Shown piece after piece: positions 13,973 through 23,231 of a stretch of 64,000 bases of DNA (position 1 is its first letter; the number at the start of each line of letters is the position of its first letter). A model generated the notes under the pieces. It did not search any database and had not been told where the DNA came from. It saw nothing but the letters and a program-made list of their open reading frames with translations. Source of the DNA: an uncultured candidatus Porisulfidus sp. (GTDB lineage: Bacteria; Pseudomonadota; Gammaproteobacteria; Poriferisulfidales; Poriferisulfidaceae); NCBI GenBank assembly GCA_965116025.1, contig OZ220480.1:640001-704000 (forward strand), written 5' to 3'. The position numbers and the translations under genes were made by a program.

Positions 13973-14379
13973 CTCCGGTACGCCTGCTCGATGGCTTCCT
14001 GCCGGTTTTTCTCCTCAGCGCTGAACGAGGCGGTGGGACGAAGCAACAGGCGCTCGATCCCGATCGGCGCCCCAGTCGCCTCGCAATAGCCATACGAGCC
14101 GTCCTCAATCCGGCGCAGGGCCTCCTCGATCTTCGGCAACAGCTTGGAATCCCGGTCGAGCGCGCGGACCTTCAGGCTCGTGTCCTCCTCGACCGAGGCG
14201 CGATCCAGCTCGTCGCACTCCCGATGCTCCTCGGACAGCTCCGCCTTGGTTCGCTCCAGCCGCTCGCCCAGCTCCTTGCGCAAGTCCAGCAGGCGCCGCC
14301 GGAAAAACTCCAGCTGCGCGGCGTTCATGTAGTCCTTGCGCGGCGCGCGAATCAACTGCTTCTCGGTTAGTTTTTTCAA
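13969..14379 (-). CDS. dksA: RNA polymerase-binding factor DksA (non-4-Cys type)
   Basis: 'DYMNAAQLEFFR', coiled-coil tip 'DELDRA' and 'YGYCEATGAPIG..RL..RP'. Confidence 0.92.
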   Translation of the reverse strand: MKKLTEKQLIRAPRKDYMNAAQLEFFRRRLLDLRKELGERLERTKAELSEEHRECDELDRASVEEDTSLKVRALDRDSKLLPKIEEALRRIEDGSYGYCEATGAPIGIERLLLRPTASFSAEEKNRQEAIEQAYRS

Positions 14380-14462
14380 AGTGTCTCCTTGCGCTCCTCA
14401 CGGCTCGCGCTCTTCTAAGAAACTTATTTTACTTCCTCGCGCCGAGCGGCGCGAGGGATGTC

Positions 14463-15035
14463 TCAGGCGACGACTTCTCCAGCCCGCGGCCGCAGCAACT
14501 CGGACTCCACCTCCGCGCGCCTCTCGAATCCCTTGAGTTTCTCGATCAAGGCCAACGCGAAATCCATCGCCGTGCCCGGCCCGCGCGAAGTGACCACCGG
14601 TCCGTCGATCTCCACCGGAGCCCAGGTGAACTCCACCTCTCCGTGGTCCTCCGGATCGATGCAGCCCGGATAGCAGGTCGCCTTGCGTCCGTCCAGGATG
14701 CGGCGGTTCGCCAAAACCTTCGGAGCCGCGCAAACCGCCGCCACGGCGCGACCCTGATTCATCTGCCTCTCGAGCAACTCGTGGACGCGGGGATCCGCGT
14801 CGAGGTGATCGGCGCCAGGCAGGCCGCCGGGGAGCACCACCATATCGAAACTCTCGTCCATGACCTCGTCCAGCGTCACGTCCGGCACGAGCCGCGTCCC
14901 GCGCGACGCGGTGACCGCGCCCTCGCGCAGACCGGCGGTGACGACCTCTATATCCGCACGGCGCAACAGATCGATCAGGGTAACGGCTTCCAGTTCCTCG
15001 CAGCCATCCGCCAGAGGAATCAGGACCCGGCTCAT
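14463..15035 (-). CDS. DJ-1/YajL family glyoxalase/deglycase
   Basis: 'GCEELEAV', 'VLPGG', 'AVCAAP' and 'TSRGPGTA'. Confidence 0.92.
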   Translation of the reverse strand: MSRVLIPLADGCEELEAVTLIDLLRRADIEVVTAGLREGAVTASRGTRLVPDVTLDEVMDESFDMVVLPGGLPGADHLDADPRVHELLERQMNQGRAVAAVCAAPKVLANRRILDGRKATCYPGCIDPEDHGEVEFTWAPVEIDGPVVTSRGPGTAMDFALALIEKLKGFERRAEVESELLRPRAGEVVA

Positions 15036-16345
15036 CGGGAGCTGGCTTCCCTACGCTCTTGAACCAACCCGCCGCTCCGGAGCAACTCGAGCGCGGCGAG
15101 CACTTGGTTGTCCTCGCGCAACAGCTCCGCCTCCGACTTCTCGGGCGCGTCCTCGCTCTCTTCTTCCGGCTCCTCCGGCGCGACGAACTCCACTTCGTAG
15201 TCGGGCTCGATTCCCTCCTCGTGGATCGAGTGGCCGGCGGGCGTGTAATAGCGCGCGGTGGTCAGCTTGAGCGCGGCGTTCTGGTTGTTCAGAGGCACCA
15301 GGGTCTGCACGGAGCCCTTGCCGAATGAGCGCGTGCCGAGCAGCTTCGCTCTCCCGTTGTCGCGCAAGGCTCCCGCCACGATCTCGGAAGCGGAGGCGGA
15401 ACCGCCGTTGATCAGCACGATCACCGGCACGCCGCCAGTCTGGTCCACGCCGCCGGCGCGCTCCTCGACGTTCGACTTTTGGACGCGGCCACGGGTGGAG
15501 ACGATCACGTCGCTGCGCATCAAAAAGGCGTCCGAGACCTCGACCGCCGCGGAGAAAAGCCCTCCCGGGTTGTTGCGCAGGTCCAGGACGATGCCCTGGA
15601 GGTCGTCGTCCGACTCGTCCCGCAATCGCTCCACGAGGCCCAGAAAATCGGAGCCGGTGCGGGACTGAAAGTTGCTGATGCGCATGTACGCGTAGCCGGG
15701 CTCCAAAATCTGCCCCCGAACGCTGCGCACCTTGATGATATCGCGCGTGATGGAGACATCGAAAGGCTCCTCGGCGCCCTTGCGGGAAACGGTCAGGGAG
15801 ATAGGGGTTCCGGGCTTGCCGCGCATGATCTGCACGGCGTCATGCAGGGAGAGGTCATGCACCGGCTCCCCGTCCAGCTCCAGAATCAGGTCACCGCTAC
15901 GGATCCCCGCGCGCTTCGCCGGCGTATCGTCGATCGGGGAGACGACCTTGATCGCCCTCTCGTCCGAGTCCTTGCTGACCACGATGCCAAGCCCGCCGAA
16001 CTCTCCCGACGTCGCGACCTCCCAATCGTCCAGCTCTTGCCGGTCCAGATAGGTCGTGTAGGGATCCAGCTCGGACGCCATTCCGCGCATGGCGTTGCGC
16101 ATCAAGGTGCTGTCGTCGATCTCGTCGACGTACTGGCGCTTGATCAGGGCGAAGGTTTCGGAGAAGTCGCGCAGGTCCTGCAACGAGACGGAGGGGGCGC
16201 CGTCCGTCTTGGCGACGACCGCGTGGCCGACCGCGCCAGCGGCCACCAGCAACGCCGGGATCAGCAATTTTCGTATGGGATTCTTGCGCACGGTCTGGAA
16301 AAGGCGACGGGGTCGGTATTCTAGAGAAATCCCCGAAAGCGTCAA
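15032..16345 (-). CDS. ctpA: S41 family C-terminal processing protease
   Basis: PDZ 'GEFGGLGI', 'LDLRNNPGG', 'GSASASEIVAGAL' and 'FGKGSVQ'. Exact start is uncertain. Confidence 0.93.
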   Translation of the reverse strand: MTLSGISLEYRPRRLFQTVRKNPIRKLLIPALLVAAGAVGHAVVAKTDGAPSVSLQDLRDFSETFALIKRQYVDEIDDSTLMRNAMRGMASELDPYTTYLDRQELDDWEVATSGEFGGLGIVVSKDSDERAIKVVSPIDDTPAKRAGIRSGDLILELDGEPVHDLSLHDAVQIMRGKPGTPISLTVSRKGAEEPFDVSITRDIIKVRSVRGQILEPGYAYMRISNFQSRTGSDFLGLVERLRDESDDDLQGIVLDLRNNPGGLFSAAVEVSDAFLMRSDVIVSTRGRVQKSNVEERAGGVDQTGGVPVIVLINGGSASASEIVAGALRDNGRAKLLGTRSFGKGSVQTLVPLNNQNAALKLTTARYYTPAGHSIHEEGIEPDYEVEFVAPEEPEEESEDAPEKSEAELLREDNQVLAALELLRSGGLVQERREASSR

Positions 16346-16351
16346 ACCCCA

Positions 16352-17158
16352 GTTTCAACTTTCAAGCGCAACAGCATTGTAACCCGGTGGAGAGCGGCGA
16401 GAACGGCAGGATGACGAAGAGAATCGGGGGAAAGCCGGCGAGGATCGGCCGCGTCCGTCCGGGGAAGACCGGCCTCCCCGGACGGATCATCGCCGCGCCG
16501 ACCTGCCCCCTCGGATTTACAGAAGCCGGAACATCTCCTCTCGCCAAGCGCGAACCACCTCCGACTCCGCGCCGAAAAACGCCTCGTTCGGCGTGCGCCA
16601 TCCCAAGCGGCGCCGAGGCCGGTCGTTCAGGCGATCCTCCACCGCCCGCGCCCATACCGCTGGCACCTACGGTGGCCCTGCCGCAAGTACAGATACAGGT
16701 CGCCGCCCCGCCGCTGATCCGCCCATACCCAGCGGTAGATGAGTTTGCTAACCTTCCCCAAGCCCTACTTTCCAGCCACGCGCTGATCTGTTACGGGCTC
16801 CAGCTCCGTTTCAGCAACTTCTCGACCCGCTCCCACACCGCGGCGAGACGCGCCGCCAAGCCCGCCCTTGGCGCCGCTCTTTCGTCTTCCGGCACGCCAG
16901 CTCGGCCCGGTATCGTCCGCTCCACCCGCCGGCGTTCCGCTTCAGCTCGCGGCACACCGTGCTGCGGTCGATGCCGACCCTTCGCGCCACCCCCGCTTGG
17001 CTCATGCCGAGGTCCGGCAGCACCTTGATGTTGGGTCTCGGTGAGTCGCGCGCAGCCGCTCATAAGCGCCTCTCTCGGGCGGTTGATAACAATGAGACGT
17101 TACCGCAACTCATCATTTCCCCGCCATTCTTCGGAGTGTTGCGCTTGAAAGTTGAAAC
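16352..17158 (-). mobile_element. Internally deleted IS30-family element with intact terminal inverted repeats
   Basis: Perfect 22-bp IR: gtttcaactttcaagcgcaaca (16352-16373) and tgttgcgcttgaaagttgaaac (17137-17158). Minus-strand fragments: 'SQAGVARRVGIDRSTVCRELKRN' (HTH), 'WSP*QIS' and 'RLNDRPRRRLGWRTPNEAF' (IS30 C-terminus). The DDE core is absent. Confidence 0.9.
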
Positions 17159-17349
17159 CGTGATCCTTTATGAGAAGGCGTGCAGAAATTGTATCCGCTT
17201 GAAGCCAGCCAAGCTTTCCATCGGTGTCGCGACCCACCGAGCGGCGCTTCCGCAAGCGGATTCCTCGGATTGGAAACGCGGGGCTTCGAGATCCAGTCCC
17301 GCTGAAGCGCGCGGTGTATAAGCGAACTCTAATGCTAGAATGCTTGGCT

Positions 17350-17682
17350 ATGGCCGTCCAAGCTCCTGTTTCCGAATCTTCCGCGGGCACGCTCGACGCG
17401 GACATCGCGCGAGCCTGCCAAGCGGTCAAAGGGCTTTCGCATCCGATTCGTCTCAAGGTGCTCTGTTGCCTGCTGAGCGGACGGGAAATGCCGGTCAGCG
17501 ACTTGGCCAACTATTGCGAGACGTCGCAGAGCAACATCTCGCAGCACCTGAGCACCCTTCGGCAATGCGGCATCTTGGCGGCCCGAAAGGAGGCCACCTG
17601 CGTCTATTACAAAATCAGCGACCCGCGCATGATCCAGTTGATGTGCCTGATGCGCGACATGTTCTGCTCGCGGCCGCACTGA
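17350..17682 (+). CDS. ArsR/SmtB family regulator (BigR/SqrR/YgaV-like)
   Basis: 'KGLSHPIRLKVLCCL', 'SQSNISQHLSTLR' and a C-terminal 'FC'; precedes a rhodanese gene. Confidence 0.88.
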   Translation: MAVQAPVSESSAGTLDADIARACQAVKGLSHPIRLKVLCCLLSGREMPVSDLANYCETSQSNISQHLSTLRQCGILAARKEATCVYYKISDPRMIQLMCLMRDMFCSRPH

Positions 17683-17690
17683 GCCCCCGG

Positions 17691-18116
17691 ATGCAGGAAT
17701 ACCTGGATTTCGCGGCGCACCACCCGTTCCTGATGGGAGCGGTGTCGGCGTTGGTGGCCATGATCCTGTTCACCGAGGCGCGGCGGTTGACGCGGCGATA
17801 CGAGGAGATCTCCGCGGCGGAGGCGGTCCAGCTGATGAACCGGGAATCGGCGTGGACGCTAGACGTGCGGGAAGACAAGGAAATCCAGGATGGCGTGATC
17901 CCGAGCGCCCGGCGCGTCGCGCTCAGCGAGCTGCCCAAGCGCGTGGGGGAGCTGAAGGACCAGAAAGGCCCGGTGATCGCCTACTGCAAAAACGGGGTCC
18001 AGGCGCACCGCGCCTGCCGGATCCTGGCGCGCGAGGGGCTAGAGCCCGTGTACAACCTCAAGGGCGGAATCGCCGCCTGGCGCGAGGCCGGGATGCCTCT
18101 GGAGGCCAGCGCGTGA
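17691..18116 (+). CDS. Rhodanese-like domain protein (YibN-like)
   Basis: N-terminal TM segment, 'LDVRE', 'IAYCKNG' and 'VYNLKGGIAAW'; upstream of grxC. Confidence 0.9.
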   Translation: MQEYLDFAAHHPFLMGAVSALVAMILFTEARRLTRRYEEISAAEAVQLMNRESAWTLDVREDKEIQDGVIPSARRVALSELPKRVGELKDQKGPVIAYCKNGVQAHRACRILAREGLEPVYNLKGGIAAWREAGMPLEASA

Positions 18117-18385
18117 GCGCGCCCGAGGTCGTGGTCTACACCGGTCCCGCGTGCCCGTACTGCGCACGTGCCAAGATGTTGCTGGAACGCAAGGGGGCTT
18201 CCTTTCAGGAAATCCGGATCGACCGCGACCCCGAGGGCCTCGCCGCGATGCTGGAGCGTAGCGGAGGCCGCCGATCCGTGCCGCAGATCTTTATCGGGAA
18301 CCGCCACGTGGGCGGCTTCGACGACATGTCCGAGCTCAACCTGGAGGGCAAGCTGGATTCCTTATTGGCGGGAGAGTCCTCGTGA
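18113..18385 (+). CDS. grxC: Glutaredoxin 3
   Basis: 'CPYC', 'SVPQIFI' and 'HVGGFDD'. Confidence 0.95.
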   Translation: MSAPEVVVYTGPACPYCARAKMLLERKGASFQEIRIDRDPEGLAAMLERSGGRRSVPQIFIGNRHVGGFDDMSELNLEGKLDSLLAGESS

Positions 18386-18909
18386 CGAGAAAACCCTCCG
18401 GCCCTTCCGACGAGGAGCCAACCCGGCCGCGACGCATGAAATTCGTGGAGCACAGCGGAAACGCGACCTTCGCCGTCGAGCGCATCTGCTTGCGCCACGC
18501 GGACTTCACGGCGCGGCAAGAGCCGGACGACGCGACCGAGGGCCAGTTCGAGACCAAGGCGCGGATCAGCAACGAGACCGTATCGCTCGAGAAGGACCGC
18601 CATTCGGTGTCGCTGATCGTCAGCGTCACCCGTCTGGAGGAGGAGAAAGAGGTGTTCAGTTGCGAGGTCTGCTACAACGGCGTGTTCCTCATCCAGGGCG
18701 TGACCGAGGAGAAAAGTCATGAGATGCTGATGACGCGTTGCCTGGACATGCTGTATCCGTACATCAGCTCGACCGTCTCGCAGATGGCGAGCCAGGCGGG
18801 CTTCCAAGGACTGCAGCTCGTGCCCATCAGCTTCGGTGCCCTGTACCGGAGCGAGCAACGCGAAAAACAGCAGTGGGAAGACATCCAGGACAAGGTGGTT
18901 CGTCACTGA
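18382..18909 (+). CDS. secB: Protein-export chaperone SecB (divergent)
   Basis: Lies between grxC and gpsA; 'CEVCYNGVF', 'CLDMLYPY' and 'AGFQGLQLVPISFGALY'. Confidence 0.8.
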   Translation: MTRKPSGPSDEEPTRPRRMKFVEHSGNATFAVERICLRHADFTARQEPDDATEGQFETKARISNETVSLEKDRHSVSLIVSVTRLEEEKEVFSCEVCYNGVFLIQGVTEEKSHEMLMTRCLDMLYPYISSTVSQMASQAGFQGLQLVPISFGALYRSEQREKQQWEDIQDKVVRH

Positions 18910-18982
18910 GCTTCGCCGCGGATCGCGACCGCTTCCCGATTCGCCACCGCGTCGACGCCGGGCGGTCCGTCCAGCGCGCGGC

Positions 18983-19975
18983 ATGAAGGTCTCGATACTG
19001 GGGCAGGGCGCATGGGGAACGGCGCTGGCCCTTCACGTATCCCGAGCGCGGTCGACGCGCTGGTGGGGACGCGACCCAGAGCGATGCCGAACGCTGGCGC
19101 GCGCGCGTCGGAACGAGGCGACCTTTCCAGACCACGCCATTCCAGAATCGATCCAGATCACGCCGGATCTCCAGGACTGCGTGGAGGACAGCGACTGGGT
19201 GGTTCTGGCGGTGCCGGTCGCCGCGATGACCGAGGTCGCCGTGGCACTAAGGTCCGCCTCCTTCGGTGGCCTAATCTGGACATGCAAAGGAATGGATCCG
19301 AAGAGCGGGCGCATGCCTGGCGAAATCCTGGACGACGCGCTAGGCCCGGGCGGGCGAAGAGCCGTTCTGTCGGGACCCTCCTTCGCGAGCGACTTGGTCG
19401 CGGGCCTGCCAGCGGCCGTCGTGGTGGCGGCAGAAGATCCCACGGTCGCGGAAGCGGCCGCGGAAGCGTTTCATCATGGATCGTTGCGGGTCTACGCGGG
19501 CGCGGACCCACTCGGCGTCCAGCTCGGCGGCGCCGTGAAGAACGTCCTGGCGATCGCCGTCGGCGTGGCGCATGGCCTGCGGCTCGGCGACAGCGCGCGC
19601 GCCGCGCTGATCACGCGCGGCGTGAGCGAGCTGACGCGATTGGGCAAGGCCTTGGGCGCGGACCCCGCGACCCTGTCCGGCCTGTCCGGTTTGGGAGACA
19701 TCGTCCTGACCTGCTCCAGCGCCCGATCGCGCAACTTCCGCTTGGGCCAGCTGATCGGTGAGGGCCGGTCCGTCGAGCGGGCCTGCGCCGAGATTGGCCA
19801 AGTCACCGAAGGGCGCCATACCGCGCTCGGACTGGACCACCTGAGGCGGAAGCAAGGGATCGAGTTGCCGATCTGCGAGCAGACGCTACGCGTGCTCACG
19901 GGAACCATTCGTCCCGCCCAAGCGGTCGATGCCTTACTGTCGCGCCCCTCCACTTCCGAGGCGGCGCATGCCTGA
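18983..19975 (+). CDS. gpsA: NAD(P)H-dependent glycerol-3-phosphate dehydrogenase
   Basis: 'GQGAWGTALA', 'LSGPSFA', 'GAVKNVLAIA' and 'GLSGLGD..LTC....SRN'. Confidence 0.95.
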   Translation: MKVSILGQGAWGTALALHVSRARSTRWWGRDPERCRTLARARRNEATFPDHAIPESIQITPDLQDCVEDSDWVVLAVPVAAMTEVAVALRSASFGGLIWTCKGMDPKSGRMPGEILDDALGPGGRRAVLSGPSFASDLVAGLPAAVVVAAEDPTVAEAAAEAFHHGSLRVYAGADPLGVQLGGAVKNVLAIAVGVAHGLRLGDSARAALITRGVSELTRLGKALGADPATLSGLSGLGDIVLTCSSARSRNFRLGQLIGEGRSVERACAEIGQVTEGRHTALGLDHLRRKQGIELPICEQTLRVLTGTIRPAQAVDALLSRPSTSEAAHA

Positions 19976-20921
19976 CTCCGACCCGCTGGAAATTGCTTTT
20001 TGCGGCCTGTCGCTACGCTCCCCGCTGGTCCTGCTCTCGGGTTGCGTCGGCTTCGGGGATGAATACACCCGGGTCGAGGGCTTCTCGCACGACGAGGTGG
20101 GGGCGGTCTGCCTCAAGGGAACCACTCTGGAGCCCCGCCTCGGCAATCCGCCGCGCAGGCTGGCGGAGACTCCCGACGGCCTACTGAACTCGATCGGCCT
20201 GCAGAACCCGGGGGTGGACGCGGTCATCCGCGACGAGCTGCCAAAACTTGACTTCTCCACCACCCGCTTCTTCGCCAACGTCTCCGGGGCGACCGTCGAG
20301 GAGTACGCGGAGATCGCGCGCCGCTTCGACGACTCTCCGGTCGACGGCGTCGAGATCAACATTTCCTGCCCCAACGTCAAGGCGGGCGGAATGGAGTTCG
20401 GGAACGATCCGAGAATGTCGGCGGCCGTGGTCTCCGCCTGCCGGGCGGTCACGTCCAAGCCCCTGATCGTCAAGATGTCGCCAAACCAGACCGACATCCG
20501 GGCCGGCGCGCGCGCCTGCTTGGAAGCGGGGGCCGACGCCTTCGCGGTCATCAACACCGTCTCCGGGATGGCCATTGATGCCGAATCCCGCCGCGCCACG
20601 CTCGGCGCGGGGCGGGGCGGGCTGTCCGGCCCCGCGATCAAGCCCATCGCGCTTCTGAAAGTCCACGAGGTCCATGGAGAAGTCGCGGCGCATGGCGTCC
20701 CGATCATTGGGCAGGGTGGGGTGGTCACCGCGACGGACGCGCTGGAATTCCTGATCGCGGGCGCCTCCGCCGTGGGGGTCGGAACCGGGCTGTTTTACGA
20801 TCCTCTGACCTGTCGCGCGATCAACCAGGGCATCCGCGACTACCTGTCGCGCCACGGGCTGAGTTCGGTCGCCGATCTGACCGGCGCCTTGGAATATCCG
20901 GACGCTCAGTCTTCCGAGTAG
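19968..20921 (+). CDS. pyrD: Dihydroorotate dehydrogenase, family 1 catalytic subunit
   Basis: 'NSIGLQNPG', 'EINISCPN' and 'GGLSGPAIKPIAL'; no N-terminal membrane anchor. Confidence 0.9.
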   Translation: MPDSDPLEIAFCGLSLRSPLVLLSGCVGFGDEYTRVEGFSHDEVGAVCLKGTTLEPRLGNPPRRLAETPDGLLNSIGLQNPGVDAVIRDELPKLDFSTTRFFANVSGATVEEYAEIARRFDDSPVDGVEINISCPNVKAGGMEFGNDPRMSAAVVSACRAVTSKPLIVKMSPNQTDIRAGARACLEAGADAFAVINTVSGMAIDAESRRATLGAGRGGLSGPAIKPIALLKVHEVHGEVAAHGVPIIGQGGVVTATDALEFLIAGASAVGVGTGLFYDPLTCRAINQGIRDYLSRHGLSSVADLTGALEYPDAQSSE

Positions 20922-21760
20922 CCGAGACGCTCCAGCAGACCCTGCAAAGAATCCTCGCTACTGTAGCGCAGCACCAGATCGCCTCCCTTCTTTCCGGGGC
21001 GTAACGTGACCGGGCAGCCCATATGGTCGGACAGGCGCTGCTGCAGCCGGGTCAGGTCCGGGTCCGGCTCGGGCGGGCGAGGGGGCTTCTCGGGGGCTCT
21101 CGCCCGGCGCTCGGTCTGCCGAACCGAAAGCCCCTCCTCCTGTATGGCGCGCGCCAGCTCTTTCTGCCGCGCGACCGGCAAGGGCACCAGCACCCGGGCG
21201 TGCCCCATGCTGATCTTGCCGTCCCGCACCCACTCCTGGACTTCCGGGCAAAGCTCCAGCAAGCGGATCAGATTGGTGACGGTGGCGCGCGCCCGGCCGA
21301 CCCGCTCGGCGATTTGCCCATGGGTCTGGCTCAGGCGGTCGGCCAGCGCGCGCAACGCCTGAGCCTCCTCGATCGGATTGAGGTCCTCGCGCTGGATGTT
21401 CTCGATCAGGGTCGCCGTCGCGGCCTCGTCGTCGGACAGGTCGCGGACCACCGCGGGCAAAGACCGGAGCCCCGCGGCGAGGGCCGCGCGGAAACGCCGC
21501 TCGCCCGCCACCAGCTCGTACCGCCCTCCGACCGGCCGCACCAGAATCGGCTGCAGCGCGCCACGCTTTTTCAAAGACGCGGCCAATGTCTTGATCGTAT
21601 GGTCGTCGAAACGGGAGCGTGGCTGATACGGGCTCGCGCGCAGCTCGCTCAGCGGAATTTCCTGAAGACCCGGGCCATCAGACTCCGCGCCCGACTTCAG
21701 GTTTCCGCTCAGGAGGGCGTCCACCCCGGACCCGAGGCGCCGCTTCGGAGAGGAGCTCAT
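20906..21760 (-). CDS. parB: Chromosome partition protein ParB
   Basis: 'SPYQPR', 'LVAGERRFRAA' and 'LIENIQREDLNPIEEA'. Confidence 0.96.
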   Translation of the reverse strand: MSSSPKRRLGSGVDALLSGNLKSGAESDGPGLQEIPLSELRASPYQPRSRFDDHTIKTLAASLKKRGALQPILVRPVGGRYELVAGERRFRAALAAGLRSLPAVVRDLSDDEAATATLIENIQREDLNPIEEAQALRALADRLSQTHGQIAERVGRARATVTNLIRLLELCPEVQEWVRDGKISMGHARVLVPLPVARQKELARAIQEEGLSVRQTERRARAPEKPPRPPEPDPDLTRLQQRLSDHMGCPVTLRPGKKGGDLVLRYSSEDSLQGLLERLGYSED

Positions 21761-22536
21761 GGGACCTCCCGGGGTTCGACGCGTTCACGGCGCAGAATCT
21801 CGCCCGCCAGCATCAGGTACGAGACGGCGCCCCGGCTCGACGGATCATAGGCCGAGACCGGGCGGCCATGGCTGGGCGCCTCCGCGAGCGTGACGTTGCG
21901 CGGAATCATGGTTCGATAGACTTGCTCGCCAAAATGCTCCAGGAGCGACTCGGAAACCTCCCGCGACAGCTTGTTCCGCGAATCATACATGGTGCGAAGA
22001 ATCCCCGCGATGGCGAGCCGGCTGTTGGCTCGCCGGGAAACCTGGGCGATGGTGTCGAGCAAGGCGCTCAGCCCCTCCAGCGCGTAGAACTCGCATTGCG
22101 TCGGCACGATCACCCGGTCGGCCGCCACCAGCGCGTTGATGGTGAGGATGTTGAGCGACGGGGGACAGTCGATGAGAACATAGTCGTCCGCGCCAACGGC
22201 CAGCGCCTCGCGCAACCGATACTCGCGGCGGTCCTCCGCCATGAGGCGCACCTCGACCCCGGTCAGATCCGGTTTCGCCGGCAAGACGTCGAACCCTCCT
22301 TCCGGGACTCCCGCGCGCGCCTCGTCCACCGACGCCTCGCCCAGCAGCGTGTCCGCGCAGCTTAAAGCCAGTTCGCCTTTGTTCAGGCCGCAGCCCGTGG
22401 TGGCGTTGCCCTGCGGATCCAGGTCCACCAGCAACGACTTTTTGCCGGCGGACGCCAACGCCGCCGCCAAGTTGATCGCGGTCGTGGTCTTCCCGACCCC
22501 GCCTTTTTGGTTGCAGATGGCGAAGACCCGGGTCAT
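21757..22536 (-). CDS. parA: Chromosome partition ATPase ParA/Soj
   Basis: 'NQKGGVGKTT', 'DLDPQGNAT' and 'IDCPPSL'; start ATG at 22536. Confidence 0.96.
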   Translation of the reverse strand: MTRVFAICNQKGGVGKTTTAINLAAALASAGKKSLLVDLDPQGNATTGCGLNKGELALSCADTLLGEASVDEARAGVPEGGFDVLPAKPDLTGVEVRLMAEDRREYRLREALAVGADDYVLIDCPPSLNILTINALVAADRVIVPTQCEFYALEGLSALLDTIAQVSRRANSRLAIAGILRTMYDSRNKLSREVSESLLEHFGEQVYRTMIPRNVTLAEAPSHGRPVSAYDPSSRGAVSYLMLAGEILRRERVEPREVP

Positions 22537-23231
22537 GGCTCCTCCGCGTCGACGTACAGAGGGTGGAGCGCGACTACTGTTCGGCCCGGATCTTTCCCGC
22601 GCCCGATCTCGGGAGCCCACCCGGCCGGGAGCTCCCGCAGTTCCGACTCGATATCCTCGCCCTTCGGAAACAAGAAGATTCCGTCCGGGGCGACCAGATG
22701 AGCGGCGCCGCGGACCATCTCCGAAAGCGAGCCCACGGCGCGCGCCATAACGCAATCGAACGGGTCGGCCTCGTAGCGCTCCGCCTCTTCCGTGACGACC
22801 TCGACGTTGGACAGATCCAGCTCCAGTTTCGCCTGGCGGACGAAGCGGGTCTTCTTGCGGCTACGGTCGAGCAGCGTGAACCACCGATCCGGATGGGCCA
22901 CGGCCAGCGGCAAGCCCGGCAGGCCCGCCCCCGTGCCGAGATCCAGAATACGGTGAGCGTGGGATGGAAGCGACCGGGAGAGCGAGAGCGCGTCCAGGAT
23001 ATGCCGCGGGACGATTTCCGGCAAGGTTCGGGCTCCCACCAGGCCACAGGATCGGTTCCATCGCTCGACCAGCGCGCAATAGGTCAGCAGGGTCTCGATT
23101 TGGGAGGAAGACAGGTCCAGACCGGAAATCTTCCGGATGCCCTCTCGCAACTGAAGCTCCAGCGCGTCCTTCGCCGGCAGGCGAGGAGCTTCGGAAGATC
23201 CACGGAAAGGAGGGGCCCGGCCCGCCTTCAT
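22533..23231 (-). CDS. rsmG: 16S rRNA m7G527 methyltransferase
   Basis: 'RHILDAL', 'LDLGTGAGLPGLPLA' and 'MARAV'; follows mnmG. Confidence 0.94.
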   Translation of the reverse strand: MKAGRAPPFRGSSEAPRLPAKDALELQLREGIRKISGLDLSSSQIETLLTYCALVERWNRSCGLVGARTLPEIVPRHILDALSLSRSLPSHAHRILDLGTGAGLPGLPLAVAHPDRWFTLLDRSRKKTRFVRQAKLELDLSNVEVVTEEAERYEADPFDCVMARAVGSLSEMVRGAAHLVAPDGIFLFPKGEDIESELRELPAGWAPEIGRGKDPGRTVVALHPLYVDAEEP

